DNA of 64,000 bases, taken from positions 31,694 to 95,693 of the forward strand of contig JANMBV010000022.1 in NCBI GenBank assembly GCA_031360585.1. The letters run 5' to 3'. Below are positions 10,109 to 21,617 of this stretch, piece after piece. Under the pieces are notes generated by a model. It saw nothing but the letters and a program-made list of their open reading frames with translations. It searched no databases and had not been told where the DNA came from. This stretch comes from Actinomycetes bacterium. Its GTDB lineage: Bacteria; Actinomycetota; Actinomycetes; Nanopelagicales; Nanopelagicaceae. Position 1 is the first letter of the stretch. Every line of letters begins with the position of its first letter. The position numbers were made by a program, and so were the translations under genes.

Positions 10109-11374
10109 GTGCGCATAAATGAAACAGGCAGTTGGCGCGCTTTTCGACATCGTAATTTCCGAATCCTTTTTGCCGCAAATGCAATTTCAAATATCGGAAC
10201 ATGGGCTCAGCGCATTGCACAAGACTGGTTGGTCCTGCAGTTAACTCATAGCGGTACGTACTTGGGGTTGGTTACCGCGCTCCAATTTACTCCAGTGCTT
10301 TTCCTTAGTCTTCACGGTGGAGCCCTCGCAGATCGCTTCGATAAGCAGAAGGTCTTAATAGCCACCAACATCGCCGGCGGACTCTCGGCTGGCGTGCTAG
10401 GTCTTCTCGTAACTTCACACCATGTAAGACTCTGGCACGTTTTCCTGCTCGCCTTCTTACTAGGGGTGGCAAACGCAGTGGATGCACCGGTGCGTCAGAG
10501 TTTTGTGGCCGAAGTTGTTGGTCATAGCGATCTAGGAAATGCCGTGAGCTTGAATTCGGCGAATTTTAATGCGGGCCGCCTCATCGGTCCTGCTGTCTCG
10601 GGTGCTTTAATCGCCGCTTTTGGAACTGGACCCTCCTTTCTTCTCAACGGCGCCTCCTATGTATTGGTGATCTTCTCACTTCTGTACTTGCGTAAAAGTG
10701 AGTTCTATGTCCTACCCAGAAGTGCAGGGGTGGCTAGTGTTGGCGAAGGACTCAGGTACGTGAGGGCAAGGCCAGATCTCTACGTCGTCATGATCGTCAT
10801 ATTCTTTATGGCTACCTTTGGCATGAATTTCCAGATCTTCAATGCCCTCGCTGCCACGAAAGTTTTTCATCGCGGAGCTGTGTCTTTTGGTTTGCTCGGC
10901 ACCTACGTTGCCATCGGCTCATTTAGCGGGGCAATTATCTCTGCCAGACTCGAGCGACTTCGAAGGACGATGTTCGTCGTCTACGGCGCAATTGCCTTCG
11001 GTACTTCCATCTTTATTCTGGCGTTTATGCCTACCTATGTGGCATATTCACTATGGTTACCCGTGTGCGGTTTCACCGCTTTAACAACTTTGATAAGCGC
11101 CAATTCGCTCATGCAGATCAATTCCGACCCTGTGGTTCGTGGCCGAGTTATGGGAATTTATCTTCTAGTATTTCTTGGTGGCGCACCCATTGGTTCTCCG
11201 CTCGTGGGATGGACCGCAGAGAAGATCGGGGTTCGTCCCACCTTGGCTGCATGCGGTGCCATCACGATTCTTACAGCTTTATATGCCTTCCAACGTTATC
11301 GAGACAAGGTGGAAGTGCCAATCGACTTCTCGGTAGATGTTGTTCTACCGCCCCCATATGACAATAAGAGCTAG
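10109..11374 (+). CDS. MFS transporter (EntS/MFS_3-like)
   Basis: 421 aa with about 12 TM segments. The N-terminus (WRAFRHRNFRILFAANAISNIGTW) is typical of this MFS subfamily. GTG start. Confidence 0.8.
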   Translation: MRINETGSWRAFRHRNFRILFAANAISNIGTWAQRIAQDWLVLQLTHSGTYLGLVTALQFTPVLFLSLHGGALADRFDKQKVLIATNIAGGLSAGVLGLLVTSHHVRLWHVFLLAFLLGVANAVDAPVRQSFVAEVVGHSDLGNAVSLNSANFNAGRLIGPAVSGALIAAFGTGPSFLLNGASYVLVIFSLLYLRKSEFYVLPRSAGVASVGEGLRYVRARPDLYVVMIVIFFMATFGMNFQIFNALAATKVFHRGAVSFGLLGTYVAIGSFSGAIISARLERLRRTMFVVYGAIAFGTSIFILAFMPTYVAYSLWLPVCGFTALTTLISANSLMQINSDPVVRGRVMGIYLLVFLGGAPIGSPLVGWTAEKIGVRPTLAACGAITILTALYAFQRYRDKVEVPIDFSVDVVLPPPYDNKS

Positions 11375-11427
11375 TACTCCAAATAGGGCCACCAAAGTGA
11401 TCAGTCTTCTAGTTTTGTAATTCACAC

Positions 11428-12594
11428 TCAATCCACCAAACTCAGACTATCTTGTGACGTTTGCGCTGAAGGTATCGCGATGATCGTTGTTAAGGCAATC
11501 ACGATAAGCACCGGCACCATCAGGTAGGCCCGAGAAATTCCTACGTGATCGCCTAAGAGTCCCAGGAGGAATGGGGCAGCCGCGATCGCGAGTCCAGAGC
11601 CTAAGGAACTTCGGCCGATTGCCAGATCTGGCCGACCTTGGCTAAAGCCAATGAGTCTTTGCGAGGCCAGAGCAAATTGCATAGAGAGCCCAAGTCCCAC
11701 GGCCAGCAGCGCAATTAATGAGAACCACAAGGTGTGTGAAAACCAGAGACCCGCGAAACCCACGAACTGTGTGACTAGCACGATCTTGAATTGGGTATCC
11801 AGGGCGGCGCGCTTGAGGAGTTGGGGCCCAAACCATCGACCCAGGCCCATTCCACTACCAACGGCCACGATACATATGGTGGAGACGGCGGCGCTGGAAC
11901 CGATTCGATTTCTAAGAAGTGCCGCGGCCCAGAATGTAGTGGCAAATTCGGTGGAAATGCAGGCAACATAACCAAACCAGGAGATCCAAAAATTGCGACT
12001 GAGTGTGCCTTTTTGCGGACCGCTCGCTTCGGGAATGTGCTCGCCAGCAATCACCGTACGGGCAAGCAAATAAAGAATGACGCTGGCGGGAATGACCACC
12101 AAAAGACCAAGTCGCCAATTAAAATGCGTCCCGGCGATTACCCCGACCGTGAGCGTTCCGATCACATAACCCACCGATGAAATGCCACTGGCTTGCGAAA
12201 CTGCCGATGAGGGGGCCAACGGAAAGTGGTGTGAAAGTTGAGTCACCATGGCGTTCACAACTGTCAGTGTTCCAAAGCCTGTGATGAAGGTTGCAGCAAG
12301 TGTGAACTGAATCGGTGGGGAGAAGACGAAGATCACGATGCCAATGGAGAAGAAACCCAAACCGATCCAAGAAGTCGTTGCTCGTCCAAACCGATGTACC
12401 AACTTGGGTGAGAGGAGCCCTGCCAGGATTGATGCGACTCCCATGGCAGTGCCATGCAGGCCAGCAATAGTCAGTGAGGTGTGCTGTTGGGCGCGAAGAA
12501 GAGGTTGCGCTGGTCCGAACCCGCCTAGGTAAAAGTTAACAATTGCCACTTGCATGGCAATTGCCCAAAAGACACGATCACGTTTTAGTGTCAT
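11428..12594 (-). CDS. MFS transporter
   Basis: 388 aa, polytopic (about 12 hydrophobic segments). Convergent with the previous MFS gene. Confidence 0.7.
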   Translation of the reverse strand: MTLKRDRVFWAIAMQVAIVNFYLGGFGPAQPLLRAQQHTSLTIAGLHGTAMGVASILAGLLSPKLVHRFGRATTSWIGLGFFSIGIVIFVFSPPIQFTLAATFITGFGTLTVVNAMVTQLSHHFPLAPSSAVSQASGISSVGYVIGTLTVGVIAGTHFNWRLGLLVVIPASVILYLLARTVIAGEHIPEASGPQKGTLSRNFWISWFGYVACISTEFATTFWAAALLRNRIGSSAAVSTICIVAVGSGMGLGRWFGPQLLKRAALDTQFKIVLVTQFVGFAGLWFSHTLWFSLIALLAVGLGLSMQFALASQRLIGFSQGRPDLAIGRSSLGSGLAIAAAPFLLGLLGDHVGISRAYLMVPVLIVIALTTIIAIPSAQTSQDSLSLVD

Positions 12595-12618
12595 GCCTTT
12601 ACTTCATAGCTTTTGTCG

Positions 12619-14419
<1,801 letters not shown>

Positions 14420-14569
14420 AGATGTATCTAACGTCACTTCCCCCAAATTAGCATCTCTGGCGTAAATGGGGTTGCCTATAGCTAGGGACTGGTCGGGAAG
14501 GATCCGCAGAAAAGGCAGAATTGCCCGTATCCGCTCTGCGCAACAGGGCCAGCAGTTAGAGGAGCACAA

Positions 14570-15685
14570 ATGACTGACGAATTTAAACCGGGTCTCGAGG
14601 GTGTTATCGCTTTTGAGTCGGAGATTGCCGAACCGGATAAAGAAGGAAGTGCACTTCGCTACCGCGGAGTAGATATTGAAGATCTAGTCGGAAGAGTCTC
14701 CTTTGGAAATGTATGGGGGCTACTTGTCGATGATGAATTCAATCCGGGACTTCCTGCGGCCGAACCATTCTTGTTGCCTGTTCACACAGGGGACGTTCGC
14801 GTCGACCTTCAATCAGCGATTGCAATGTTGGCACCTTCTTGGGGGCTAAAGCCGCTCCTTGATATTTCCGATGAAGAGGCGCGAAACAATTTGGCGCGCG
14901 CATCAGTCATGGTCCTGTCATACCTTGCACAATCTGCAAGAGGAGCTGAGAAATTGGCCATTCCGCAAGCTGAGATAGATAAGGCACACACTGTTGTAGA
15001 GCGAATGATGATTCGCTGGCGCGGTGAGCCTGATCCGTTACATGTGCGCGCGATAGATGCGTATTTTGTCTCTGCTGCTGAACATGGAATGAATGCATCC
15101 ACATTCACGGCACGAGTTATTGCTTCAACTGGAGCAGATGTTGCTGCGGCACTATCAGGTGCTATTGGTGCAATGTCTGGACCTTTGCACGGCGGGGCTC
15201 CATCTCGAGTACTTCACATGATTGAAGAAGTTGAAAAGACTGGCGACGCACTTTCCTATGTCAAAGGCATCATGGATCGCGGTGAGCGTCTTATGGGATT
15301 TGGTCATCGCGTCTATCGCGCAGAAGATCCACGCGCTCGCACATTGCGACGCACTGCGAAGGAACTGGGAGCACCTCGGTACGAAGTCGCCCTTGCACTT
15401 GAAAAGGCCGCCCTTGCAGAATTGCATGAGCGCCATCCAGAACGCATTCTAGAAACGAACGTGGAGTTCTGGGCCGCAATTATTTTGGATTTCGCTCAAG
15501 TTCCGGGGCACCTATTCACCTCGATGTTTACTGCCGCCCGCACCGCGGGCTGGTCGGCACACATCTTGGAGCAGAAGCGAACGGGCCGGTTGGTCCGTCC
15601 ATCAGCTCGTTACATTGGCAAAGGCCCTCGAAAGCCAGAGTCAGTTCAGGGCTGGGATGAGACCGTGGCTCAACTTCATTCCTGA
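14570..15685 (+). CDS. Citrate synthase (short, about 370-aa type; could be citrate/2-methylcitrate synthase)
   Basis: Has the citrate synthase signature GFGHRVYRAEDPR and HGGA. RBS GAGGAG upstream of the ATG. Confidence 0.85.
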   Translation: MTDEFKPGLEGVIAFESEIAEPDKEGSALRYRGVDIEDLVGRVSFGNVWGLLVDDEFNPGLPAAEPFLLPVHTGDVRVDLQSAIAMLAPSWGLKPLLDISDEEARNNLARASVMVLSYLAQSARGAEKLAIPQAEIDKAHTVVERMMIRWRGEPDPLHVRAIDAYFVSAAEHGMNASTFTARVIASTGADVAAALSGAIGAMSGPLHGGAPSRVLHMIEEVEKTGDALSYVKGIMDRGERLMGFGHRVYRAEDPRARTLRRTAKELGAPRYEVALALEKAALAELHERHPERILETNVEFWAAIILDFAQVPGHLFTSMFTAARTAGWSAHILEQKRTGRLVRPSARYIGKGPRKPESVQGWDETVAQLHS

Positions 15686-15859
15686 GTCTGATTTATTCCT
15701 GAGTCTGGGCTTGCATAAAGTCCTGTAAACGAAGACTCTTCATAACGATTTAATAAATTGGCCCCACTTTGGTCTTCATGGCTTGACCGCCTTTCATGCA
15801 CTGGTCAAAATTGGCCTAATGTCGCATTTTCGCGGCCTGATCTCGTCAAGGAGAAAAGT

Positions 15860-17119
15860 ATGAATCGTAAGCGTCTGGGCGTGCTCGGTGCTCTCACCGC
15901 GGCCGCTCTTGCAGTAACAGTTGCGGTGGTGCCAGGTGCACACGCCGCAAATGAGATCGTTATCTGGGCGGATGAAACACGCGGACCCCATCTAGCTTCA
16001 GTTTTTGCAGCAAAGGGTGACTGGGTTCCCGGTTACACAATCAAGGTAGTTTCCTTCTCAAGTTACGACGCCCTCGGCGCTGCTTTTGACAAGACCTCCG
16101 GAACCACCGGTCCTGACATTCTTGTAGCCGGAAATGACTGGGTCGTCGCCTCAGCTAAGAGTGGAAAACTTGCTCCAGTTACATTGACCGCCAGTCAGAA
16201 GTCACGCTTCACGCCGTCACAGTTCTACGACCTTTCCTATCGAGGAAAGCTTTATGGAATTCCGGTCGATGTCAATAACGTTTCGATGATTTACAACACC
16301 AAACTTGTCAAGACTGCTCCAACGTCTTTCGGCGAGATGGTCAATTTCTACAAAGCCAATAAAACAGCTCTTGGTCTAAAGGCAGGTCTCTGCATCTCCG
16401 GTGGTGGAATGGCATGGGGTGGACTTTCAGTTTTCTCCGCTCTAGGTGCCAACCCATACCAGATGTTTAGGGGTCGTCCTAACTACCACTACAGATTCAA
16501 TCCTGCAGTATTTGCTTCCAACGTCAAGACGTACCTACTTGATGCGAACGGCAAGAGCAATGGTTTCTACCCAGCAACAGACACTGGTTGCATGGATAAC
16601 TTCCTTGCAGGAACTGTTCCTTACTCAGTAATTGGAAACTGGCACTGGAAGGCCTTCGCAGACAAGGGCTTCGCCATGAACCTCATGCCAGTACCGGGCG
16701 TTAAGGCTGGCTCCTACGGACAGATGTTTGGAAGCGTAAGCGGCGCATTCTTGACTGCTTATGCAGACAAGCACGGAGTTGCAGTAGGCGCGAAGTCACT
16801 ACTCGTCAACTTCTTTGCATCAACTGCAGGACAGGTTGCATACGAAGCACTTGAAGGTCGTCCACCAGCAGAAAAGGGCGCACAGTCAAGCCCATTGGTC
16901 TCTGATGCACAGAAGGGCTTCGGCCAAGCCGCTGGTCTTTCGAGCATGCCACAGATTGGCGCCTTCTTGGGCAACAATTCAGGTGGAGCCAACTACTGGG
17001 ATTCATCAGGTGCCTATTGGACCGCCGTACTCGTCAATGGGAAAAATCCACTAGTAGAGGCTAAGAAGCTTTCTACGATGTGGGCTAAGAATGTTGCCGC
17101 CGGTAAGGGCGATCTCTAA
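15860..17119 (+). CDS. Sugar ABC transporter substrate-binding protein (maltose/maltodextrin-like)
   Basis: Signal peptide MNRKRLGVLGALTAAALAVTVAVVPGAHA. SBP family-1 features; followed by MalF/MalG-like permeases and GH13 enzymes. The start is set at the ATG at 15860 with AAGGAG at 15848-15853. Confidence 0.8.
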   Translation: MNRKRLGVLGALTAAALAVTVAVVPGAHAANEIVIWADETRGPHLASVFAAKGDWVPGYTIKVVSFSSYDALGAAFDKTSGTTGPDILVAGNDWVVASAKSGKLAPVTLTASQKSRFTPSQFYDLSYRGKLYGIPVDVNNVSMIYNTKLVKTAPTSFGEMVNFYKANKTALGLKAGLCISGGGMAWGGLSVFSALGANPYQMFRGRPNYHYRFNPAVFASNVKTYLLDANGKSNGFYPATDTGCMDNFLAGTVPYSVIGNWHWKAFADKGFAMNLMPVPGVKAGSYGQMFGSVSGAFLTAYADKHGVAVGAKSLLVNFFASTAGQVAYEALEGRPPAEKGAQSSPLVSDAQKGFGQAAGLSSMPQIGAFLGNNSGGANYWDSSGAYWTAVLVNGKNPLVEAKKLSTMWAKNVAAGKGDL

Positions 17120-17171
17120 ATAGGTTGAAACCAGAAGTTCTGTTGGTAGAACTCAGTTTGCCTACTATGTA

Positions 17172-17208
17172 AATAACGTGGGCGGGAAGGTTTCCCGCCC
17201 ACGTTATT
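17172..17208 (+). terminator. Intercistronic terminator/attenuator hairpin after the binding-protein gene
   Basis: A 17-bp perfect stem, AATAACGTGGGCGGGAA / TTCCCGCCCACGTTATT, with a 3-nt loop. The weak T-tract means it may only attenuate. Confidence 0.5.
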
Positions 17209-17227
17209 AATTTCATAATCTGAGGCC

Positions 17228-18796
17228 TTGATGCGAGAAGGAGCGGTACGAGAAGTGAGCGGATTCGTCAGAGGAAAATTTGCTTTTAGTCTCAAGTTGA
17301 TTCTGCTTGCAATAACTACTGCCGTCCTCGCTTTGCTGACAGAGAGTGCTTTTGCGCAAAAAGAATATTTAATCGGATCCTTCATTTTGATTGCGATTCT
17401 TGCCTTAAATTTTATTTACCTAACTAAATACTCTATTCCCCTCAAGTTCTTCCTACCAGGAATTCTCTTCTTTTTCGCATTTGTAATCGCGCCGATTCTC
17501 TATACAGGCACGATGTCTCTCTACAAGTACCAAACTGGAAATTACCTTTCTAAATCAGCTGCGATCGACCAGGTCCTCATTCTTGGAGCCCAGCCAGATA
17601 CCGCGGGCACAACGTTCGACATAATTGTCGGTAAGAATTCCTCGAACCAGTACGCGATTCTTGTTTCAGATGTCACGAATAACAAGTACTTTATTTCCAC
17701 CAAGACCTCGAGAACTCCAGTTCCAGTTTCAGATGTCAAACTAAACGCGGACAAGGTGGCTACAGCCGCTCCGGGCTTCACCCCAATTTCATTGAATGTG
17801 CTGGCTTCGAACAATAGTTACGCGAAAGTTAGATACGTCTATGAAGGCAAGTACTACATAAGTATTGAGAGCGAAACTGTTGCTGCCGTCTTTACACAAG
17901 GGTTGTCGTACTCCGAATCTACGGGCATTATGACTAATCTCCTTACTGGCGAGAAATACCGGGACAACGGTAAAGGTAACTTCGCGAAGATCGGAGGGAC
18001 TCCCGACCAAATTCTCACCCCCGGTTGGCGCGCGCCAGTGTGGTTCCAGAATTACACCAGGTTGGTAACAGATAACCGAATTCGCACACCCCTCATCGGT
18101 GTCTTCATCTGGACGATTTTCTTTGCCGGGTTCTCGGTTCTAAGTACCTTTGCCTTCGGGCTGCTATTGGCAATCGCTCTCAATAGACGTATGCGCGGTC
18201 GAAGGGTTTACCGCTCAATCCTTATCCTCCCATATGCAATGCCTAGCATCATGAGTATTTTGATCTGGGCTGGAATGTTTGATTCGCAATTTGGCGCCAT
18301 AAATAGCATCTTGCATACCAATATTGCCTGGTTCTCTGATGCAAGTCTGGCACGAGGCGCCGTGCTCTTGGTCAACTTGTGGCTCGGCTTCCCGTATTTC
18401 TATCTCATCTGCTCTGGAGCTTTGCAGGCGATTCCTTCGGAATTACTTGAAGCAGCGGCGATCGACGGCGCAAATCCGCGACAGGTATTTAGGAAAATCA
18501 CACTTCCTCTCTTGCTACAGATCCTCTCTCCGCTGTTGATCGCCTCCTTCGCCTTCAATTTCAACAATTTCAACCTTATCTATCTTCTGACAGGCGGTGG
18601 CCCGAGAGACACCTTGGACGGACACGTCGCGGGAGCGACTGATATTTTGATCAGTTATACCTATCAGATCGCTTTTGGCAAGAATATTCAGGACTTCGGC
18701 CTAGCAAGTGCCATTTCCGTCCTCATATTTATCCTCATCGGGTCAATATCGATATTTGGGTTGCGCAGAACAAAAGTATTGGAGACCTTCGAATGA
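17228..18796 (+). CDS. Sugar ABC transporter permease, MalF-like with large extracytoplasmic loop
   Basis: 522 aa with the EAA-loop motif (EAAAIDGANPRQVFRKITLP). The long loop between the early TM segments resembles MalF. The start is uncertain: TTG 17228, ATG 17231, or GTG 17255 preceded by GAAGGAG. Confidence 0.8.
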   Translation: MMREGAVREVSGFVRGKFAFSLKLILLAITTAVLALLTESAFAQKEYLIGSFILIAILALNFIYLTKYSIPLKFFLPGILFFFAFVIAPILYTGTMSLYKYQTGNYLSKSAAIDQVLILGAQPDTAGTTFDIIVGKNSSNQYAILVSDVTNNKYFISTKTSRTPVPVSDVKLNADKVATAAPGFTPISLNVLASNNSYAKVRYVYEGKYYISIESETVAAVFTQGLSYSESTGIMTNLLTGEKYRDNGKGNFAKIGGTPDQILTPGWRAPVWFQNYTRLVTDNRIRTPLIGVFIWTIFFAGFSVLSTFAFGLLLAIALNRRMRGRRVYRSILILPYAMPSIMSILIWAGMFDSQFGAINSILHTNIAWFSDASLARGAVLLVNLWLGFPYFYLICSGALQAIPSELLEAAAIDGANPRQVFRKITLPLLLQILSPLLIASFAFNFNNFNLIYLLTGGGPRDTLDGHVAGATDILISYTYQIAFGKNIQDFGLASAISVLIFILIGSISIFGLRRTKVLETFE

Positions 18797-19644
18797 ACAA
18801 ATGGTTGAGAGAGAATGCCTGGCGCCATGCATTTGCAATTTTTATGTGTCTCTTCTCGCTTTTTCCCTTGTACTTGGTGGTTCTGTCCTCCGTGAAGACC
18901 GGTGGAAGTCTGGCCCTGACTTCCTTCGTTCCTCATGAGATTTCGTGGAGTAATTACCAATTCCTCTTCCATTCGCCCAAGACTCCGTACCTCCTGTGGG
19001 TAAAGAACTCGATGATCATTGCCTCCACCGTTGCGATCTGTTCGGTGGTCATCGGTGCGTCCTCCGCGTTTGCCTTTAGCCGTTTGAGATTTAGGGGCAA
19101 AAAATTCGGTATTCAGTTGCTCCTACTTGTTCAGATGTTCCCAGCCGTACTCGCCCTGTCGGCGATTTATGTGATTATGGAACGCGTCTACACATTCGCA
19201 CCAAAGATCGGTTTGGGTACCCAAGCCGGCCTCATCTTGGTTTATTTGGGAGGGGCGCTGGGTGTCAATGTCTGGTTGCTCAAGGGATTCGTGGATACGA
19301 TCCCTGCTGAACTAGACGAAGCGGCGAAGATTGATGGCGCGAGCCCCGTCCAGATTTTCTGGATGGTCTTCCTTCCTCTTGCAACTCCGGTTCTAGCCGT
19401 AGTGTGTCTCTTAACGTTTATCGGAACGTTTAATGAGTTCATTCTCGCTCAACTCTTCCTAGTTGAGATGAACGGACGAACCGTCGCGGTTGGACTCCAA
19501 CAATTTGTTGGCGGTCAGTATTCAACGAACTGGGGGCCTTTCGCCGCTGGTTCGATTCTGGCTTCCATCCCGATCGTCATTATCTTCCTGTCTTTGCAAA
19601 AATATATTATTAATGGTTTAACGGCAGGATCGGTCAAGGGCTAA
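18793..19644 (+). CDS. Sugar ABC transporter permease, MalG-like
   Basis: 283 aa with EAA loop DEAAKIDGASPVQIFWMVFLP. Start overlaps the upstream stop. Confidence 0.85.
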   Translation: MNKWLRENAWRHAFAIFMCLFSLFPLYLVVLSSVKTGGSLALTSFVPHEISWSNYQFLFHSPKTPYLLWVKNSMIIASTVAICSVVIGASSAFAFSRLRFRGKKFGIQLLLLVQMFPAVLALSAIYVIMERVYTFAPKIGLGTQAGLILVYLGGALGVNVWLLKGFVDTIPAELDEAAKIDGASPVQIFWMVFLPLATPVLAVVCLLTFIGTFNEFILAQLFLVEMNGRTVAVGLQQFVGGQYSTNWGPFAAGSILASIPIVIIFLSLQKYIINGLTAGSVKG

Positions 19645-19646
19645 TT

Positions 19647-21617
19647 TTGAAATACAAAAGCGCTATCGCACTTCTTACCTCGTTGTTTTTGGGATTGAAC
19701 TATTTTTCCTTGGCTGGTGCCGGCGCAGCCGTTAGCTCCGCTCCCAGCGTTCGTGTTGGGCTGGCCTCCGACGTAATCTATTTTGTTATGCCAGATCGAT
19801 ACCTAAATGGCGATCCAAGCAATGACGCGATCGGTGGGGGATATAATCCGAGAGACACTGCATTCTGGCATGGTGGTGACCTAAAGGGCCTCACTGGTAC
19901 TTGCACGCCGGGAGACAAAGGTTTAGCTCGTATAAAATCACTGGGTTTCACCGCCGTCTGGGTTACTCCGCTGGTTACTCAAGTGCCGTCAACGGGGGCT
20001 GGCGCTGGCTATCACGGGTACTGGGGCGTTGATTTTCTCAACGTTGATCCGCACCTAGGCACCAACGCAGACTTGAGGAACTTCACGGCCTGCGCGAAGA
20101 AACTCAAATTGAAAGTGATCCTGGATATTGTCGCGAATCACACCGGCGATGTCATTAAATACAACGGGAAGATTCCATACATCCCAGCTAGCATGGCCAC
20201 GATAAAGAATCCTGCGTGGCTCAACGATCTCGGGAACTATCACAACGTCGGCGATATCGCCCATTGCTGGGGAGATGGCGATTGCACCACTCTCGGAGAT
20301 TTCTATGGACTGGATGATTTGGCCACAGAGAAGCCAGCTGTCTGGCAGGGTTGGGCAGACGTGTACGGCCAGTGGATTAAGAATTATGGAATTTCGGGTT
20401 TCCGTGTAGACACGGCAAAACATGTCGACACTCAGTTTTTTAAGAATTGGCAACCCCTCATACAGCAGACAGCAGCCAACGCAGGGATTCCCAACTTCAC
20501 AATTTTTGGAGAGGTCTCGGAGAATAATCCGTTTAACCTGATGACCTATGTGCGTGAAAACAAGATACAGACCGTGCTGGATTTCCCGTTTCAGGCTGGC
20601 GCTACCGACTTCGCCTCGGGCCGTTCAGATGCATCGAGTCTGGAGGGGCTCTTTCTCAACGATGATTACTACACGAGCCCTACGTCCTCAGCCTCAAATT
20701 TGGTGACTTTCCTCGGCAATCACGACATGGGCCGTGCTGGATTCATTATCAATTCGAAAAGACTGAACCCGGACAATCAGTTGCTGCCTAGAACCGAACT
20801 CGGCTATGCCGTCCTCTACCTCTCACGAGGTATTCCAACTGTCTATTACGGCGACGAGGTCGGGATGACCGGTAGCGGTGATGGCAGCGACCAGAGGGCG
20901 CGCCAAGACATGTTTGCGACCAAAGTTGACATGTGGAGAACTGAGCAGCGAATTGGCGGGAAACCGATCGGTGCTGGCGACTCATTCGCGGCCACGGCGT
21001 CCAACCCGATAGCAAAATATCTCAGGGTCCTGTCCAAGATTCGTTCCAGCAATCCGGGGCTAGCCAATGGCATCATGCAAATTCGCTTGTCCAAGGGACC
21101 TCTCTTTGTGGTCTCCAAAAAGGATGGCACTGAGAATCGCGAATATGTTGTTGCCTTCAATAACTCTGACAAACCAGTTTCTTCGGTCGTTACGACTGCG
21201 ACCTCCGCGGGCGGATGGAAGAGCATTCTAGGTGCTGCCAAGTTCACAGCAATAGGGGCGAAATTGAAATTCACAGTTCCCGCACTCTCCGCCGTTGTGT
21301 TGAAGGCGAACAAGACCATCAACCAAATAGCCGTGAAAATTGGAGTCATAAAGACGAGCCAGGATGATTTGACGGGCTACTACCAAGTCACGGCGGGTGT
21401 ACGGACCAATGATCTAGCCTCAGTTGAGTTCTTTTCCCGCCCTCAAGGCGCCAAAGGTTGGGATTCGCTGGGTGTCGATACGAACGCTCCGTACAACGTT
21501 TTCATCAACCCACAGGACTTTCTGGGCCAGAACCTGGAACTGAAAGCAGTCGTTACCAATTCGAAGGGAGCATCCTTTGAACTACCAAGCACAAAACTTT
21601 CCATCCCCTCATCATGA
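19647..21617 (+). CDS. Secreted alpha-amylase family glycosyl hydrolase (GH13)
   Basis: Signal peptide MKYKSAIALLTSLFLGLNYFSLAGAGAA. GH13 conserved regions are present (DIVANH, GFRVDTAKH, FGEV, FLGNHD). TTG start. Confidence 0.8.
   Translation: MKYKSAIALLTSLFLGLNYFSLAGAGAAVSSAPSVRVGLASDVIYFVMPDRYLNGDPSNDAIGGGYNPRDTAFWHGGDLKGLTGTCTPGDKGLARIKSLGFTAVWVTPLVTQVPSTGAGAGYHGYWGVDFLNVDPHLGTNADLRNFTACAKKLKLKVILDIVANHTGDVIKYNGKIPYIPASMATIKNPAWLNDLGNYHNVGDIAHCWGDGDCTTLGDFYGLDDLATEKPAVWQGWADVYGQWIKNYGISGFRVDTAKHVDTQFFKNWQPLIQQTAANAGIPNFTIFGEVSENNPFNLMTYVRENKIQTVLDFPFQAGATDFASGRSDASSLEGLFLNDDYYTSPTSSASNLVTFLGNHDMGRAGFIINSKRLNPDNQLLPRTELGYAVLYLSRGIPTVYYGDEVGMTGSGDGSDQRARQDMFATKVDMWRTEQRIGGKPIGAGDSFAATASNPIAKYLRVLSKIRSSNPGLANGIMQIRLSKGPLFVVSKKDGTENREYVVAFNNSDKPVSSVVTTATSAGGWKSILGAAKFTAIGAKLKFTVPALSAVVLKANKTINQIAVKIGVIKTSQDDLTGYYQVTAGVRTNDLASVEFFSRPQGAKGWDSLGVDTNAPYNVFINPQDFLGQNLELKAVVTNSKGASFELPSTKLSIPSS

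Noticed and set aside
9846-10220. 124-aa minus-strand ORF between csp and the MFS gene
   Set aside because: It overlaps the MFS transporter start and has an Arg/Cys/Pro-rich composition. The alternative frame (9854-10069) at least encodes two clean TM helices and is the one listed, at low confidence.
14420-14569. 50-aa N-terminal extension of pdxH (MCSSNCWPCCAERIR...)
   Set aside because: Cys/Arg-rich junk-like sequence. It would leave no intergenic space before the divergent citrate synthase start at 14570. The PdxH homology as I recall it starts near MDELSRADIAAMRRSY.
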